IMG/VR virus record: IMGVR_UViG_3300037261_000082
Span: 1-64,000 of that record
Strand: one strand, 5' to 3'
Length of the DNA stretch: 64,000 nt
Source: a virus
Positions 46,105 to 56,034 of the stretch are shown one piece after another. How positions within the stretch are numbered: position 1 is the first letter of the stretch; the number at the start of each line of letters is the position of its first letter. The notes under the pieces are model-generated. The model made no database searches. It saw only the letters and a program-made list of their open reading frames with translations, and was not told the DNA's origin. A program made the translations under genes and the position numbers.

Positions 46105-46516
46105 GCTTTGCTTGGCTGCAGCGCTTCTGCTTGCGACGACGGCGGCAGAAGCGCGCAACAGCTGCCGGGAGGCAGGCTTAACCGGCAACGCCTTAAAGAA
46201 CTGCTCTATCCAGCGTTATGTGCCCAAGCCAGCAGGATGTAAGTGGGCAACCTCCTATGGCAACGGAGATGGCTACTTAGGCAAGCCGGTGAGTGCTGGT
46301 GGTGTGCTAGACCGCACGACACCCACCGCTGCTCATCTCACCAAGCCATTAGGTAGCCATGTGCAGCTGCACCATGGAAACAGGAGTGTTACTGTTTTGA
46401 TAAATGATCGGGGACCCCACCACTCGGTTGCTGAGTACGACTTATCCCCGGCTGCTGGTCGTGCTCTTGGGTTTGAAGGTGATACTGGCTACGTATGTGA
46501 GGGCTCAGGATCATAA
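46094..46516 (+). CDS. rlpA: secreted RlpA-like (DPBB) lytic transglycosylase
   Basis: Signal peptide ending AEA; ATSYG, TAAH.T.PLGS, V.INDRGP, DLS.AA. Confidence 0.85.
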   Translation: MPTRLCLAAALLLATTAAEARNSCREAGLTGNALKNCSIQRYVPKPAGCKWATSYGNGDGYLGKPVSAGGVLDRTTPTAAHLTKPLGSHVQLHHGNRSVTVLINDRGPHHSVAEYDLSPAAGRALGFEGDTGYVCEGSGS

Positions 46517-46540
46517 CCTAACATTCCTCTGCTTTGAAAG

Positions 46541-46578
46541 AGACCGTCTAGCATAACAGCTAGGCGGTCTTTTTATTT
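46541..46578. terminator. intrinsic terminator where the late and early blocks converge
   Basis: AGACCGTCTAGC/GCTAGGCGGTCT 12-bp stem followed by a T run. Confidence 0.85.
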
Positions 46579-46582
46579 GGGG

Positions 46583-46702
46583 TTAATGAAAGGCAATGAT
46601 GAGGGCTATGAATGCTAGGATAACACAACCAATTATCAAAACAGAGACTCCGTTAGCAGCCCGTTCTTGAGTTTCTCGGAACCAATTTATCAAATGTCTC
46701 AC
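46583..46702 (-). CDS. small TM protein (39 aa)
   Basis: GTGA overlap with the Rad50-like stop; hydrophobic C-terminus. Confidence 0.45.
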   Translation of the reverse strand: MRHLINWFRETQERAANGVSVLIIGCVILAFIALIIAFH

Positions 46703-48534
46703 TCGAAGTGTGCTCCTTTCGCTGTTTTAACAACAGTAACAGAGCCTGAAAATGCAGTGCCTTCACGAGCCATATGATCAACCATCCAGATTTGTCTATC
46801 CAATCGTTCCGCCCGGTCACTAAGGTAGTCACACAGATCTCTTACGCCAGATTCACTGAGATGTCTGGTGGGTTCGTCCAGACATTCAAAGCTGGTTTCT
46901 ACCCCTGCATGGTTGAGCAGCACCTGGCTTAGGGCAAGAGCTCCTACAATACGTAGCCGTTGCCCTTCTCCACCACTCCAATTCTCAAACCGCACAGCCT
47001 CCTTATTGCTAGGCGAGAGAATGACGGCATTGATGCCCCGCTGGGTTCCACCAGATTTAGTTTCCCTCTCCACATCAAACTTAATGGACCAGTCGTCTAG
47101 TCCAACTTCGGTCAAGGCGGCATTTGTGGTTAACTCTAGTTCCTGCAAGACCTCCTGGATGAGGTAGAGTTTTAAGTCCTTAAAGCCCTTGACCCAGAAC
47201 TTCGTACGCTCCAACTGGCGTCCCGCTTTAGCAATGTCCTCTTTCAATTCGGTAAGCTTAACCTCGGTCTGCTGACTCTTACGGCGCAATGCTTGTACTT
47301 GCTCCTGGTAGGGATTGGAAGCCTCCTCCTGCTCCGTACGCCCACTCTTAAGAGCTAGTACCGTGGCGGCTAACTCAGCAACCTGGGGCTTGAGGAAGTC
47401 TAGTTCTACCCGAGCCTTATCAGCTTTGTCCTCAAAGTCCCCAGCCGCTGCAGAGGCTCGCTCTAGAGCGTCCTCTGCCTTTTCCTTAGCTAGGGTCAGC
47501 TTCTGGGGTATACCCGCTGCTATAACGGTCTGCAGGGCTTTCAGCTGGGCCTTTAGTTCTGCCTGGTGCTTAGCTAGCCCGGTGCCCTTCAAGGACTGGC
47601 CACAGGTAGGGCACTCCTCAGCCTCACCCAGCGTAGCCATTTCGCGTTCTATCTTGCGGGCCTCAGTCTTCTTCGTCTCTAAGAGATAACTAGAGCCACT
47701 GTGCACTTCCTTGTGCTGGGCAACAGCCTCAGCCAGCACCAGTATCTCTTTCTTCAGGGCCTTAAGTTCGGTAGTAGCACCATCCCAGGCTAGGTCCGCG
47801 TTGCCTAACTTAGCCCGCTGGCGTGCTAGGATAGCCTCTTGCTCCTTGAGAGTCTGGGCGGCTTTAGCAACCCGCTCACGACGTTCGGCTTCCCATGCTG
47901 TTGAGTGAGTCTTTGCTGTGGCTAGCAAGCCCTCGGCCTGGGCTAGAGCAGCATTGAGGCCGGTTTCCTCACCTGTCAACTCAGCTGCCAATTGCTCTAG
48001 CTCACGGGCCTTCGCTGAGGCTCCAGTTGAACGATCTTCCCAACGCTCTAGGTTAAGCACATCCGCAAACAGTTGCATCTTGTCTTTGGGGGAACGGTCT
48101 AAAAATAAGGGCTGGCCTTGCGCCAGCAGGACCGTGTTGGTAAATACATCAAAGGATAGTCCAATCAGCTTCTCGGCTTCTTCGGAGCCAACTTCCTGGC
48201 CGTCAATCCTAAGACCATTAGTAACCGCTGTGCGAGTGATCTCGTGAGGATCGCCGTCCAATTCTAAGCGTAGAGTAACAGTGGGGGTGCCGCGTCCAGT
48301 CCAAGGCTTGATATCCGTGTTGCGAAGGCCGTCCGCCGTCTTGCCATAAAGACACCAGCATAATGCTGCGAATGCCGAACTCTTCCCGGCTCCATTAGCG
48401 CCAAGTTTGGGTTCGACGTCGTTCCTTCCACGCATAAACCAAAGACCAGAACCACGGGATGCAAAGCCCAAGGTCTGCTTCGTTGTGAAGCATTTGAAGT
48501 CAGAAATTTCTAGGGAGTCAAATTCCAGTCTCAT
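46699..48534 (-). CDS. Rad50/SbcC-like (T4 gp46-like) ATPase
   Basis: GANGAGKS, CPTC zinc hook, SGGE signature, LDEP, H-loop. Confidence 0.92.
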   Translation of the reverse strand: MRLEFDSLEISDFKCFTTKQTLGFASRGSGLWFMRGRNDVEPKLGANGAGKSSAFAALCWCLYGKTADGLRNTDIKPWTGRGTPTVTLRLELDGDPHEITRTAVTNGLRIDGQEVGSEEAEKLIGLSFDVFTNTVLLAQGQPLFLDRSPKDKMQLFADVLNLERWEDRSTGASAKARELEQLAAELTGEETGLNAALAQAEGLLATAKTHSTAWEAERRERVAKAAQTLKEQEAILARQRAKLGNADLAWDGATTELKALKKEILVLAEAVAQHKEVHSGSSYLLETKKTEARKIEREMATLGEAEECPTCGQSLKGTGLAKHQAELKAQLKALQTVIAAGIPQKLTLAKEKAEDALERASAAAGDFEDKADKARVELDFLKPQVAELAATVLALKSGRTEQEEASNPYQEQVQALRRKSQQTEVKLTELKEDIAKAGRQLERTKFWVKGFKDLKLYLIQEVLQELELTTNAALTEVGLDDWSIKFDVERETKSGGTQRGINAVILSPSNKEAVRFENWSGGEGQRLRIVGALALSQVLLNHAGVETSFECLDEPTRHLSESGVRDLCDYLSDRAERLDRQIWMVDHMAREGTAFSGSVTVVKTAKGAHFE

Positions 48535-49550
48535 AACAACGTCAACCCTGTCTTTTCCGTACGCTCGTCAAGCCCACGTGACTTAGCATACTCTTGGATT
48601 AACTGCTCGTCACTCTTGGTAGCCTTTGCCTTAATGGCTTTGGCAGAACCACGTTCTAGGGCAGTTACAACTGGCTGCACAAGGTGGATCAGATACCCAT
48701 TGTCAACGCCCCAGGCTCTTACCTTAGCGGCTAGTTCAGGCCATTCAGCATGCTGCTCCGGTGCAATCGTCAAACGTACTTTCAAGATATCACCAGGGTT
48801 GAGTTGACGCTGCTTACTTAACTCGGCAATTGATTTGACTTCTACAAGGCGCTTCTGGGGGCCGGTGCACGGAATAGAACGCAGCTTGCCGTTGTTCTCA
48901 ATCAACAAACATCTTGGCATAAACTCATCGCCAAAATCTACATGAAAGGGTGCTCCCACGTAGGTCAGTGGCCCTAATGTTTGTGGACGATGAATATCCC
49001 CGCTTATGATCTGCAGGTACTTTGGGAAGTAGTTGAGAGGGATGCCATCCAACTTAAATCCGGAATCACTCAGAGCATTGGCGAAGGTCTGGTGCATAAA
49101 GGCTAGATCGTAACTCTTAAAGTCGATGTCAGCCCAGTCTCGCTCATAATTAGGAGAGAATGGAACGAATATAGCCCTGCCCAGGCTCCTAGCGGCGGTC
49201 GCTGGTACGTTCTTTAGGTCTCGTATAGGGGTGGGCTGCCCGACCCATGAAATACCCTCTATTCGCTGTAGAAACCTAAAATAAGGGTTATCAGGCGAGG
49301 AAAGGTAATCGTGGTTGCCTTGCAATACGATAACCGGGCAGACGGTGGCTAAGGCGTACAGGTGGTCAACTAGAGCGTTGACGAGTTCGGCGGGGTGAGC
49401 ATCTTTCTCCTCACACAAGTCCCCGAGAATTATGACTAGTTCTGCTCCGAACTTCTTGGCTAGCGCGGGAAATCGCTTCATGAATTCGTGGCGGTAAGCG
49501 TCACGCACATTTGCGGATAGATGAATATCGGCTGTTACAAGTACGGTCAT
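48531..49550 (-). CDS. Mre11/SbcD-like (T4 gp47-like) nuclease
   Basis: DIH, GDL, GNHD, H, GDIH motifs. Confidence 0.92.
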   Translation of the reverse strand: MTVLVTADIHLSANVRDAYRHEFMKRFPALAKKFGAELVIILGDLCEEKDAHPAELVNALVDHLYALATVCPVIVLQGNHDYLSSPDNPYFRFLQRIEGISWVGQPTPIRDLKNVPATAARSLGRAIFVPFSPNYERDWADIDFKSYDLAFMHQTFANALSDSGFKLDGIPLNYFPKYLQIISGDIHRPQTLGPLTYVGAPFHVDFGDEFMPRCLLIENNGKLRSIPCTGPQKRLVEVKSIAELSKQRQLNPGDILKVRLTIAPEQHAEWPELAAKVRAWGVDNGYLIHLVQPVVTALERGSAKAIKAKATKSDEQLIQEYAKSRGLDERTEKTGLTLL

Positions 49551-50020
49551 TTTGCGTCTAACACTCTTTCTAAATTAGCCTCAGCATACCGTAATAGACA
49601 TACGGCATCTGCCTCATGCTCATTGCTGCCTTTATACCCCATACGCTTTGCAGCAATGATCATTTGATCCTTGCTGGCCTTTCCATGACCAGTAGCAAAC
49701 TTCTTTATTGTGGGAACCGCCACATCGACAACGGGTAGCCCCGCGTTGGTTGCACAGGCTTCAATTATCCCGGCTATGCCCCAGAGTGATCGAGTGGCGT
49801 CACGACCACGGGCGAAAGGAGTTTCGTAAACAGCAATATCAAACCCAGGACTACCCTGGCTTTGGTAGTCAAAGAATAGGTTGTTTAGAAAAGTACTAAG
49901 GGAGCCTAGACGGTGGGCACGAGTCTCGCCGGTCAGCACTTCTAAATGAGTTGCGGGACGTTTAGAAAGATTATGGGCAAACGCAAAATTGCGGCCCAAG
50001 TCAAATGCAATGATTTTCAT
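49547..50020 (-). CDS. ruvC: RuvC-like Holliday junction resolvase
   Basis: AFDLG, YE, IKKFATG.G.ASK, HEADA. Confidence 0.88.
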   Translation of the reverse strand: MKIIAFDLGRNFAFAHNLSKRPATHLEVLTGETRAHRLGSLSTFLNNLFFDYQSQGSPGFDIAVYETPFARGRDATRSLWGIAGIIEACATNAGLPVVDVAVPTIKKFATGHGKASKDQMIIAAKRMGYKGSNEHEADAVCLLRYAEANLERVLDAK

Positions 50021-50427
50021 TTTGTTTCCACTAGATCAAACTCAACAATTTCCATATCATTTTTCTTTCGATGGGGCTGTGGGGTTACCCGCAATGAGAA
50101 GTCTTCGTTCCCATTGTAATCAAGGCTGTAGTCATTCTCAAATATTCCTTGTAGCCAGTTACCTAAAAACGACCTAGCAGATAAGGCTGATGGGAATATG
50201 CGTGGGGGACTGTCGTTAGTTGGCTCAGAATGACTTCCTCCGCGCTTAAATCCACGCTTAAGAATTGGAATAAAGTAGCCGGTGGATTTTTGCCGAACAG
50301 CATAAGCTTTCATGGTAAGCCTCAAAATTAAGTGGTGGGGCACTTGGTTTCCGGACCCCACCGTGCCGGTCATAGGATGAACGCAGACGGCAATCTGCGC
50401 TCTGGCCACCAAGCTAGGCCAAATCAT
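50017..50427 (-). CDS. hypothetical protein (start may be 50313)
   Basis: ORF; ATGA overlap with ruvC. Confidence 0.55.
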   Translation of the reverse strand: MIWPSLVARAQIAVCVHPMTGTVGSGNQVPHHLILRLTMKAYAVRQKSTGYFIPILKRGFKRGGSHSEPTNDSPPRIFPSALSARSFLGNWLQGIFENDYSLDYNGNEDFSLRVTPQPHRKKNDMEIVEFDLVETK

Positions 50428-50435
50428 ACTTTACC

Positions 50436-50654
50436 TTATTCTGGGTCATTTCCTATGAGTTTGTTGGGTAGCCCTGATACAAACCCCATCTTCTTCAACG
50501 GGGCTTCGTGCACAGGTTCGTCTAGGTCATGCGTTGCAGCGCGGGTCTGGATTGTTTTCAGGTCACCCTGAATTGACCATCCACACGTGCATACGGCACG
50601 GAACAGGCCCGGTTCGTCAGGGCAGCGATAGAAGCGTGTGATGTGTGTGGTCAT
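50436..50654 (-). CDS. small putative Zn-binding protein
   Basis: H...CTCGW...H. Confidence 0.55.
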   Translation of the reverse strand: MTTHITRFYRCPDEPGLFRAVCTCGWSIQGDLKTIQTRAATHDLDEPVHEAPLKKMGFVSGLPNKLIGNDPE

Positions 50655-50743
50655 GATAGCACCACTGCCCAGACTGTCAACATAGCCACGAAAAGGGCCA
50701 ATGCAACTAGAGTAGCCGCTTCATGCAGGATTGTCTTAGCCAT
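50651..50743 (-). CDS. small single-TM protein (30 aa)
   Basis: Read manually; GAGGAG RBS; coupled on both sides. Confidence 0.5.
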   Translation of the reverse strand: MAKTILHEAATLVALALFVAMLTVWAVVLS

Positions 50744-50937
50744 TAGCGGCTCCTCTTATTTGCTGCATCAACAAGTGCCGCCATTGCAGATTCAAATTTC
50801 TGTTCAGCCCTAACGTAACGTGTGTGCGCGGTATCAGTTTTGTGATGTTTAGCCCAAGCTATAGCCCAGGTTTGAGCTGCATCAATTGCGTTATCATGCC
50901 TTTTTACAACACGTTGGACTATGTCTTGCGGGATCAT
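50743..50937 (-). CDS. hypothetical early protein
   Basis: AATCATAGGAGG RBS. Confidence 0.6.
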   Translation of the reverse strand: MIPQDIVQRVVKRHDNAIDAAQTWAIAWAKHHKTDTAHTRYVRAEQKFESAMAALVDAANKRSR

Positions 50938-51389
50938 TCGCTACCTCCTATGATTGTTTTCCACTTAGTCACGACACGTGCCGCAGCTTGGCGGCAGGCC
51001 TCGGCGTGCACTCCGCCGTAGTAAGCTGGGCGTGGATGCTTATAATCCGGTTCGGCTCCAGTACGCCAGCCGACATTACCTAACGGGCCAAGCTTTACAA
51101 CCTTGGTTTTGCCGCCAACATAGTCATAATTGACGGTCAGCGTTTCGGCTTCAGTTGTCTGTTCGTAATCAACGCCAAAGGATTCGACGATGCACTTGGC
51201 GCGTAAGAATTTCTCTCGCCAGTCCTTCTTGCGGCCAGCCAAATCCATATTGCCCCAATTCGGTGCGTTGTAGGTCTTGGCTGTTATGTAGTCACACCAC
51301 GCCCCAAACTTGGCGGCATCCTCTGCCGCCTGCAAAAGAAAGGGTTCAGCGTCGTCAGCTAGCAACGTCAACGTAACTTTGTTTGCCAT
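50934..51389 (-). CDS. hypothetical early protein
   Basis: ATCATAGGAG RBS with an upstream hairpin. Confidence 0.7.
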   Translation of the reverse strand: MANKVTLTLLADDAEPFLLQAAEDAAKFGAWCDYITAKTYNAPNWGNMDLAGRKKDWREKFLRAKCIVESFGVDYEQTTEAETLTVNYDYVGGKTKVVKLGPLGNVGWRTGAEPDYKHPRPAYYGGVHAEACRQAAARVVTKWKTIIGGSE

Positions 51390-51721
51390 TTGTCAGTCTC
51401 CTATGATGTTTCTGGGTGGCAAGGGCGGCTTTTGCACCGCCCTTGTTTCAACTATTTAAGCCAGGTAGTTTCTACCTCACGGTACTCAACGTCTGAAGGC
51501 TTTTGCCGTTTCCAGCGCAGTGCTTTTCTTTCACTGCGGTAAGCGCACACGGTTTCCATCCTTTCAAAAGTTCCCTCAGAGCAGAAATAGATACGCACAG
51601 GCTTGCGTTTACGCTTTTTTATGGCCATGTGAGTAGTCCGTTTCGGGTGGCGGCTACAACTGCAATAATTGTGAGCGAACCACTCACCATTAATGCAATA
51701 GACACGTAGTGCCACACTTTC

Positions 51722-52081
51722 TCAGCCCTGTGCATTATGCCCTCCTTGTCCCTTATGCATACCGAGCCATATCTCGGCAAACTTTTCGTAATCTTTCTTG
51801 GGAATACAGAATGCCCGGCCATCGTCAGTCACGGCATAGATCAACATTCTGGGATTTTCGTGGGCCAGGTACACCGCCACAGCAAAGGACTTAACTGTGG
51901 CTATTTCTGAGCCATTGAAGGTTCCGTATTTCACGATGTTGAAGTGACTTGCCGTACGGAATACCCGTTCTTCAAAAGCCTCACGGGTTGCCCCAAACTC
52001 AGGCTCGCGGTTGCTGGCCGCTAGCCTTAAATGGGTGAGGCGCTGGCTGGGTGATTTGGGTTGGGGGTAAGTGGTTTTCAT
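51722..52081 (-). CDS. hypothetical early protein
   Basis: ATGA coupling. Confidence 0.65.
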   Translation of the reverse strand: MKTTYPQPKSPSQRLTHLRLAASNREPEFGATREAFEERVFRTASHFNIVKYGTFNGSEIATVKSFAVAVYLAHENPRMLIYAVTDDGRAFCIPKKDYEKFAEIWLGMHKGQGGHNAQG

Positions 52082-52383
52082 CGGAAGGCCCCAACTTGCT
52101 CAGCAAGGTTGCGCAATTCGTAGCGCGGGGAAAACTGGTCCTTGAGTTTCCCCGTTTCGCGGTCCAGGTGGTCCCTGATGCCACAGACGTCATGAAAGAA
52201 GTTAAAGTCGTCAGCGGCGAGCAGGTCGCTGAGCTTCAACGGACAGCCGTTTGAGATAACGGCTTCCAGGTCCATCATCACGTCCAACTTCTTGCCAAAG
52301 TTTGGGAACCGTTTCAAGTAACGATTCGCAATTTGGCTCATCAGAAGTAAGTCATTGTGCGAAGCTTTGAATTGAACAGTCAT
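52078..52383 (-). CDS. DUF6874-like protein
   Basis: MDL.A...NGCPL.L..LL.ADDFNF.HD..GI..H.DR.TG.L...F.PR. Confidence 0.75.
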   Translation of the reverse strand: MTVQFKASHNDLLLMSQIANRYLKRFPNFGKKLDVMMDLEAVISNGCPLKLSDLLAADDFNFFHDVCGIRDHLDRETGKLKDQFSPRYELRNLAEQVGAFR

Positions 52384-52441
52384 GGTTCACTCCTATGATT
52401 AAGTTTGGGTTAGACCGGGCCGTTAAGCCCGGTCTTGTCTT

Positions 52442-53815
52442 TTACGCAGCGATTGCTACCTCTGTCCCACAGTCAATAACCTTACCCCAGGGCAGAGCAC
52501 TTCCGAGTCGCTCAACGGCGCGTGGGTCACCCCAGGCACAGAAAAGCGCAGGACTAGCCGGTTCCGGTCCTGGGTCGCCAATGTACAGGTCAGTACAGCA
52601 GACAATCAGGGACGCGTCCGGTTCGTTCTCCTCAACCCACGCAAACGCTGGGCGCATATCAGTACCACCACGCCCAGGAGCCTTGAACTCAATCTTGTCG
52701 CCGTCAATGTACCTGTCCACCTTATTGACGCGGGTGTCACAATAGACGGTTACGACTTCGCTGATTGAGCCATCGTCCATAGCGGCTTGTACTTCTTCTG
52801 CTATCTTGGCGAGTACCGGATCACTCATTGACCCAGAAGTATCGATAATGAACGCGACCTTGTTGATGCCATCGCGCTGACTGCCCGGTAGGATAGTTCC
52901 GGAGTAGGCAAAGCGACGGTTTGGGCGGTTCCAGGTATCAATACGACGGGCACCTGCGTCAATGTATTCACGCAGAATGGCACGCCAATCCTGGGTAGGT
53001 GTTTTGCGACGTTCAATGATGCTTTCCCAGTGGCCCGGAAGGCTGCCCTGCTTCTTAGCAATGGCTGCTGCCTGACGAGTTACGACTTCCCACTTGGCGT
53101 CTAAGTCAGCCTTCTCGGCTGCGGTGCCAGGGGCGTCTAGTACTTCGCCACAGCCACCATCCTCGCCACATGACTGAGGTTTGCCAGAACCCTGGCCTTC
53201 CTCAGCTTCACCTTCGCCTTCTCCGTCGCCGTCCTCAGAAGGAGAACCTTCACCTTCCTCAGAGCCTTCACCTTCGTCATCACCAGCTTCATCACCAGCT
53301 TCGGAATCAGAGCCGTCGTCACTCTTATCCTCAGAAGCATCCTCAGACTTTTCGTCGTCCTGGGGCTTCTGTTCCTCTTGCTGCTGCTTCTGCTGTTCCT
53401 CAATTTCCAGGATGCGGTAGATTTCCTCAGCCGCCATACCTACAAATTCCTTACGGAACAGAATGCCGTCTGGCAACTCAAAGCCTTCGGCTATTAAGTC
53501 ACCATTGATGGCGTAGTCGCAGGCCTTGTTCCACCGCTGTGGGTCACGCCCAGCGCGGCGGGTAGAGTGATGGCGGGCATCGTGCTCACTTTCATGGGCC
53601 TGCGTACCCAGGATTTTCTTGGGAGGCAGGCTTACAATGAACTCCGGATTGTAGAAGTGCTGTACGGAGTTCGTCGCCATGGTGGGGAAGTCCCAGGACG
53701 GCACCGGGTCAACTTGGGACACCAGCACCGCATAGAACTTCCGTTCCAGGATTAGGGCTGCGCGTGCATTTCGGATCAGCACGGCAGCCTTGGCTTCCAT
53801 CTCAACCTTGTCCAT
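52442..53815 (-). CDS. DUF2201-like HExxH metallopeptidase, acidic linker, VWA domain
   Basis: AHESEH; WN.A.D..IN; DTSGSM MIDAS; GRGGTD; TD. Confidence 0.88.
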   Translation of the reverse strand: MDKVEMEAKAAVLIRNARAALILERKFYAVLVSQVDPVPSWDFPTMATNSVQHFYNPEFIVSLPPKKILGTQAHESEHDARHHSTRRAGRDPQRWNKACDYAINGDLIAEGFELPDGILFRKEFVGMAAEEIYRILEIEEQQKQQQEEQKPQDDEKSEDASEDKSDDGSDSEAGDEAGDDEGEGSEEGEGSPSEDGDGEGEGEAEEGQGSGKPQSCGEDGGCGEVLDAPGTAAEKADLDAKWEVVTRQAAAIAKKQGSLPGHWESIIERRKTPTQDWRAILREYIDAGARRIDTWNRPNRRFAYSGTILPGSQRDGINKVAFIIDTSGSMSDPVLAKIAEEVQAAMDDGSISEVVTVYCDTRVNKVDRYIDGDKIEFKAPGRGGTDMRPAFAWVEENEPDASLIVCCTDLYIGDPGPEPASPALFCAWGDPRAVERLGSALPWGKVIDCGTEVAIAA

Positions 53816-53839
53816 AACCTTGCTCCTATGAAGGCAAGT

Positions 53840-54874
53840 TTAGTGAAGCGTGATATCTTGATTCGCAACAGCCCAAGTAACGTAGGCTGTTGTTTCTGCC
53901 AACTTCTTGTCGCGTTGCACGGCGTCGGTTACCGCCACGATCTCCAACTCGCGGTTCGTCTCGCCAATGCGCTTAGCGTAGGTCACGATGTTGTCGAAGT
54001 TCTTGCGATCAGCAAGGCGTCCGAGTGCCGTGACTACGGCATAGCATTCTGACCGTTCGGTAGGCAGCTTCGCAGTCTTGGGGTTGGCCAGAATGTCCTC
54101 GATGTTAGCGAGGGACTGGTACATAGCCACGAAGCTTTCCATTTCCGAGCCAACATCCTTACCTACGAGGGCCACGAAAGCCTTGTAGCGCAGCCGGGTA
54201 GGCATACTGACGTAGACGCCACACTTATAGACCGAACGGGGTGAAGCATAGGCGTTCTCATCCCCCAGCAACTGCCGGGAGATATGGTCAGGGCGGAATC
54301 GCCCAAAGGCCACGATTTCCGGCGCTAGGTTGGTACGTACGCAGTGACCAACCCACGACTCGTGGTCAAACACCATTGTGTAGTGGGCGAAGCGGTTACG
54401 AAGCGGCTTCGGCATCTGCACAACAGCACGGGAGTCCTTAGAACGATTGCCCATGGCCAGGATGACGCAATTATCAGGGAGGATATAATCCCCAACCTTG
54501 CGATCCAGAACCAGTTGCATAGCAACGGCCATCATTTGCATCGTGCCGGTATTGATTTCGTCCAGCACGAGAATAGAAGGACCGTCGCTTCCGTCCATTT
54601 TGGGCAACTCGCCTGGCACGAACCAGTCCGTAGTCTTGGTCTTCATGTTGGGCACCGGAATGCCCCGCATATCCACTGGCTCACGGATATTAAGGCGGAA
54701 GTCAAACTTCTTCCGACTCAAGGTGAGAGCAACCTGGTCTGAGAGTTCCGATTTGCCAATACCGGCATCGCCCCAGACCATCACTGCCTGCTTCTGCTCG
54801 AAGTGCATGGGCAGTAGTTCAACCAGTTCCCGCGACGTCACGGGGTTCTCGATTTCCATGTTGATTGCCGTCAT
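53840..54874 (-). CDS. MoxR/CbbQ-like AAA+ ATPase
   Basis: GDAGIGKS, LVLDE, L.NRF, SPRS; start set by the RBS motif at 54883. Confidence 0.88.
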   Translation of the reverse strand: MTAINMEIENPVTSRELVELLPMHFEQKQAVMVWGDAGIGKSELSDQVALTLSRKKFDFRLNIREPVDMRGIPVPNMKTKTTDWFVPGELPKMDGSDGPSILVLDEINTGTMQMMAVAMQLVLDRKVGDYILPDNCVILAMGNRSKDSRAVVQMPKPLRNRFAHYTMVFDHESWVGHCVRTNLAPEIVAFGRFRPDHISRQLLGDENAYASPRSVYKCGVYVSMPTRLRYKAFVALVGKDVGSEMESFVAMYQSLANIEDILANPKTAKLPTERSECYAVVTALGRLADRKNFDNIVTYAKRIGETNRELEIVAVTDAVQRDKKLAETTAYVTWAVANQDITLH

Positions 54875-54909
54875 TGTCGTAGCTCCTATGATTAATCTGT
54901 TGTCGTGCT

Positions 54910-55107
54910 TTAAGGTGCGGGAATACACCTAACATTGTATCCTTCATTCATAATCCAAGCTTCGTTCCACCACAAACCTGCTTCTTGATGGTGCATAAAT
55001 TTGTGGGCGGCTTCTTTGCACGCTTGCTCTGTTTTGTATCCTGGTTGCAGAGCAGGTTGAGGAGTGCCAAGTCCTCCTAAAGTTATCAGCACAAGAGTCC
55101 ATGTCAT
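54910..55107 (-). CDS. small secreted/membrane protein
   Basis: CATAGGAG RBS; W.LVLI...C..A...C. Confidence 0.6.
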   Translation of the reverse strand: MTWTLVLITLGGLGTPQPALQPGYKTEQACKEAAHKFMHHQEAGLWWNEAWIMNEGYNVRCIPAP

Positions 55108-55131
55108 TTTTAGTCTCCTATGGGGTTAAGC

Positions 55132-56034
55132 TTACGCCATAAACTTGGTGACGTCCTTGAGGATCTTCTCGGCAGCGTCCGCAACCTTCTCGCGGGCGTT
55201 ATCACTTTCACGCAACTCTGGGGCATCGAACGCACAGAGGTCTTTCTCCATTTTGTCCGCTAGAGTATTGATGACCGGGTCGTCAGCAAAGTTGAAGGTG
55301 CGGAGCACAGGGACGAACTCACGGATGTTATCAACAAGGCTTCCGTAAAGTCGGCCTTCAGTCTTCTCGCCCTTTTCTGCTGCAGGCTTATAGGCACGCA
55401 GCCGGTCAACCATCGTACTGACGAGGGTTGCAGCTTTCTCAAGAGCAAACTTCTGGGCGTCGTGCAGCCCAGCCGCTAACCGCTTCTGAACGTCCGCTTC
55501 AATGTCAGCGAGTTGTTCTGACGCTATGTCACAGCGGAAGTCTGAGGATGGGCAAGGCATAACCGCCACGTCAAAGTAGAAGCGGTGCCCAATCTGGCTC
55601 TGGTCAGGGTAGTCAGCCGGGTCGAAGGCCCCATTGAGGCGCTTCTTGGCAGCCTCCACGAACGTGGGGTAAGCAGCCACGAATTCCTTGACGGCTGAGG
55701 AAAACTCCTCCTTGAGTTTCCGCATCTCATTCGTGTACTCAATATAGGCCACGGCGGGCAGCAACCGCTGGCCGTCCATGTCCATCCAAGGGAGTGTCTT
55801 GGACCAGTTATACCCACGAGCCTTATTGTGGATATGGGTAATCTTTTCCAAGGCATCCTTGGCCAGCAGCTGCTTGTTGTAGCGACCAGCGTCGTCCTGC
55901 ATGCCGTGAGAGGTATGCACGTCGTTCGTCAACTTCTTATCGAAGCGTCGCGCTGACCATTGCGAAATAGTCAACACAGTGAGAACCGCCTTTTTGCTAA
56001 GGACGGACTCAGCATTCTTGATCGGATTGATCAT
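55132..56034 (-). CDS. DUF3150-like early protein
   Basis: TLPW..., F...YP..., F...DYP; first gene of the operon with the AAA and VWA genes. Confidence 0.7.
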   Translation of the reverse strand: MINPIKNAESVLSKKAVLTVLTISQWSARRFDKKLTNDVHTSHGMQDDAGRYNKQLLAKDALEKITHIHNKARGYNWSKTLPWMDMDGQRLLPAVAYIEYTNEMRKLKEEFSSAVKEFVAAYPTFVEAAKKRLNGAFDPADYPDQSQIGHRFYFDVAVMPCPSSDFRCDIASEQLADIEADVQKRLAAGLHDAQKFALEKAATLVSTMVDRLRAYKPAAEKGEKTEGRLYGSLVDNIREFVPVLRTFNFADDPVINTLADKMEKDLCAFDAPELRESDNAREKVADAAEKILKDVTKFMA

